From: Chiloscyllium plagiosum | Lineage: Eukaryota | Length of the DNA: 64,000 nt | Direction of reading: 5' to 3' | Assembly: GCF_004010195.1 (NCBI RefSeq) | Contig: NC_057750.1 | Location: 15,950,550 to 16,014,549 of the forward strand | Shown here: in pieces, positions 60,761-64,000 of the stretch | How positions within the stretch are numbered: the stretch's first letter is position 1 | Layout of the letters: each line of letters opens with the position of its first letter | Made by a program: the position numbers and the translations under genes | The notes under the pieces: generated by a model | The model's input: the letters and a program-made list of their open reading frames with translations, nothing else | Databases searched by the model: none | Told to the model about the DNA's origin: nothing

Positions 60761-63700
60761 CAAAGGGATGTTATGATCCCTTTAAAATTTACATGCTCAT
60801 GCAGCCATTTTTCAGTGTGCAATTTCTACTGTGGCGATTCACCGAATTTTTATCACAGAACAAGGCCTATATGATTCCAGATTGCTTGATATATGTGGAG
60901 TTCTGAATAAAAAGTTACAACACGAGGGTAGCATTCAGCCCAGTGCGTGTGTCTGTGTTAAAACAAACCTATGTAGTCTAATTCCCACTTTCTATATTTT
61001 TTCTTTGTCTGGTAGATTATGGCACCAGCAAAGAACCAGCACAAGAGCAATATGGCCTGAGAGTCATAGAATCTTAGGATGGTTACAGTGCAGAAGAAAG
61101 TCATTGGTTTGTAATGTCTAGCTCTCTGCAAGAACAATGATGAATGTGTTTCCAACATGGACAGTGAATTACAAATCCTGACTGCTGATGTAAAATTTAT
61201 TTTCTTTGTATCAATCTTTTACTTTGTCATTCAACTTGTATTGATGTCTCAGGTTTTCCAACCTTCTGCCAGTGTCTGACATGGCTCCTTATTTCGAATT
61301 CCTCCATCAGTTCTTCCCTCAACATTTTCTTTGCTGAAGGAATAACAGTCTGTTCATGTGATTGAAGTCCTTCATTCCTAGAATAATTCTTGTAGATATT
61401 TACTCCATTTTCTCCTAAGCCTTTATATCATTCGTGAACTGTGGTGCCCAAAATTGGGGACAATATTTATGAAAATTTATCACTGCCTTGCTTTTGTATG
61501 CTATTACTTCACTTTAAAGCCAAGCATCCTGAATGTCTTTTGACTATTTTCTCAATCTGTTCAGCTTTCTATCATTTGTGCACTAATATTTCCAATCTCT
61601 CAATTCCTGCACTTAGTTAAGAATTGCAGTCTTCCTATCACAATGTATCAGTTCACACTTTACTGAATTAAATAGCCTCTGCCTTCATTCCCCCTGCCAT
61701 CCACCAACCACCACCACCACCACGCCTAGAAAACAACAAAGTAAAACCCTGCTGACACTTAATTCACTTCATTTCCCAGAATTAGATCCAACAGTGGCTC
61801 CTTCCTCATTGGAACTATACTGATGTAAAGTAACTTTCTTGGCCATATTTTGTAAATGCGTCCCTCTTTGTCCTCCTGGTCTGTACCTGAATAATTGAAG
61901 TCCCCTTTATATCTACTGTATAATTGTTGAAGCTATCTATACTGTCCTTCCAAGTTTGCATTTCTCTATTTTTCCCATTAGTAGATAGTCCAATAGTACT
62001 TCTTAGCTTGAATCAAATAAATTCAGTCCTTGGTCCTCTCGGCATTGTAGTATTTCCTTTAACCAATCTTGCCACCCTTCTTTCTTTCCTTGCCTGTCTT
62101 TTTGGAACATCTTCCAGAAATATTTAGGATCCAATCTTGTCTTTTTATGAGGTAGGCCCCCATTATTGACAGAACATCTGTTTTCTACATGGCTATTTAT
62201 GCCTGCAACTCAGCAACCTGATTTGTTTAGTTTGTTCGTACAGTTAAATACATATTCAACTAATTTTTAAATGCGATCTTTTCTCTACATCCTTCAGACA
62301 ATGAATTTTAGCCAGTCATTGCCTTCTGGCTTTTGTCTCCTGGTTACTGACCTATCTGCTAAGGACAGCAAGTTCTCCTTATCTACTGTTATTAGGACTC
62401 TCTGTCAATTCCTGAATCCCTAAAATTACAAACTCATAATATACAATCTCTGAATATAGTTTAAATATCCTAGCAATATTCTTATATGTCTCCTTTATTC
62501 CCTGCAGAGTGCTATCAGATGATTTCAGAAATGCAGTGAAATGAATTGCACATAGTATCTTCAGTGTGGTCTAAATGCTGTTTTATGCCATTCTAGCATA
62601 ATTTTACTCATATTCTGTGCCTCAGCTAAAAGATAGTTTCCCATATGCATTCTTGATCACCATAAATACTTTCTGTTATTTTCAGGGATCTGTGATAATG
62701 TCTCTTCTTGTTCACTTCTTGGTATGCTCCCATTCTTTATTATTTTAGTTGCTTGTTTCTCATCTTGAAATCTATATCTTCAGGGTTCAAAAAGCACAAG
62801 TTTGGTGCAAATGTATTCTTGAAAGCCCAAAAAAGCCTGCAAAAATTCAATCACAGCGCAACCAATAAAAGAAAAGTAGTTGATTTGACAGCATGTTCTA
62901 AATATATAACTGCTACTACTGGAAGGTCAAGAGCAGCAGATACATGGAAACACTGTCACCTGTGTGTTCTGCTCCAAGCCACACACCGTCCTGACTTAAA
63001 ACTAGGTCACTCGTACTTCACTGGGTCAAAATCTTGGAAATCCTTTCCAAGCATCCCTACTGGCCTGCCTACACTCTATAGGACTGCAGGGTTCAAGGAC
63101 CTCATCATCATCTTCACAAAGATGTGAAGAATGAATAATATATGTTGGCCCATTAAATGGGAATATATTGGCGACAGTATTTATCTTTAATGATCTAATT
63201 ATGGCATTGACCTTCTTTACATAAAGTAAACAAAACAAGGATTTTGAATGGCCTTGAAATTGAGTGAAATTTCATAGTATACGCGAATGCAGTGAGGCTG
63301 CCTCTACTGTTTTGTGGTGGTATAACTTGCAAAATGTTGTTGCCAAGTAAGCATATTGGTATGGCTTCTAGATATGTCATGACACACTGTGGAGCAAGTG
63401 GGACTCGATTAATCTGGGTTGTGGGAATTGCTGCCGAGATCAGCATTTATTGACCACTCCAAATTGCCTAGAGGGCATTTAAGAATCAACCACATTGCTG
63501 TGTGTCTGGAGTCACATTTAGGCCAGACCAGATAAGAATGGTAGTTTTCTTCCTTAAAGGACATCAGTGAACTAGGTGGATTTTTTTGACTATCAACAGC
63601 AGTTTCATGGTCAACATTAGATTCTTACTTCAGATTTTTATTGAATGCAGGTTCCACCATCTGCCATGGCGGGACTTGAATCTGGGTCCTCAGACCATTA

Positions 63701-63920
63701 CCTGTGTAGCTGGATTAATTGTCTCGTGAAAATACCTTGAGGTCACTGCCTCCGTGAACATGGGCTTCCTGGCTCAGAATTAGGGATACTACCACTGTGC
63801 CATGGGAGTTCCTTTTAGTATAGTCTTCTATGTTTCGGTCATCTGGTTACAGTAGATAACAACTTAAATGTACATTGGTGTGTTGTATTTTCAGATTTTC
63901 CACTTTACCTGTCTTTGCAG

Positions 63921-64000
63921 AGACATGTATCTTCCAGTGATGATTTTTCTGACTATAGTGATGAGTCTGACTACAGTCCTGGGGAGAAGGGATATCGGAA
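63921..64000 (+). CDS. ZC3H4: ZC3H4 coding exon 3 (runs off the window)
   Basis: tctttgcag|RHVSSSDDFSDYSDESDYSPGEKGYR; phase 0, continues from KHK. Confidence 0.93.

Noticed and set aside
60461..60874. 137-aa ORF and tRNA-like sequence
   Set aside because: Antisense reading of a SINE; the tRNA-like part is a SINE head, not a tRNA gene.
1..64000. CRISPR arrays, rRNA genes, prokaryotic operons or defence systems
   Set aside because: None seen; the sequence is intron-containing vertebrate DNA and its repeats are explained by TEs.

Overview
Repeat-rich vertebrate nuclear DNA with three N-gaps. HE1-type SINE, CR1 and Penelope content suggests a shark or ray (inference). Two + strand host genes are visible. 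The first is the last seven coding exons (2921-32896) of a gene I cannot identify: three duplicated micro-exon pairs that splice in frame to a 139-aa, very acidic C-terminus, none picked up by the ORF track. The second is the CpG-island promoter and first three coding exons of ZC3H4 (48530-64000). A decayed Gmr1-type Gypsy element (PR-IN-RT-RH, 17714-24418) sits in an intron of the first gene. Between the two genes lies a two-LTR class I (epsilon-like) endogenous retrovirus on the - strand (33923-42831), with a 5-bp TSD, tRNA-Pro PBS and a probable 2H-phosphoesterase domain between protease and RT. Penelope-like elements and short derivatives carry minimal hammerhead ribozyme motifs. These include long palindromes with a hammerhead motif in each arm and one U3-A8 core variant. 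All calls were made by eye, without database searches.
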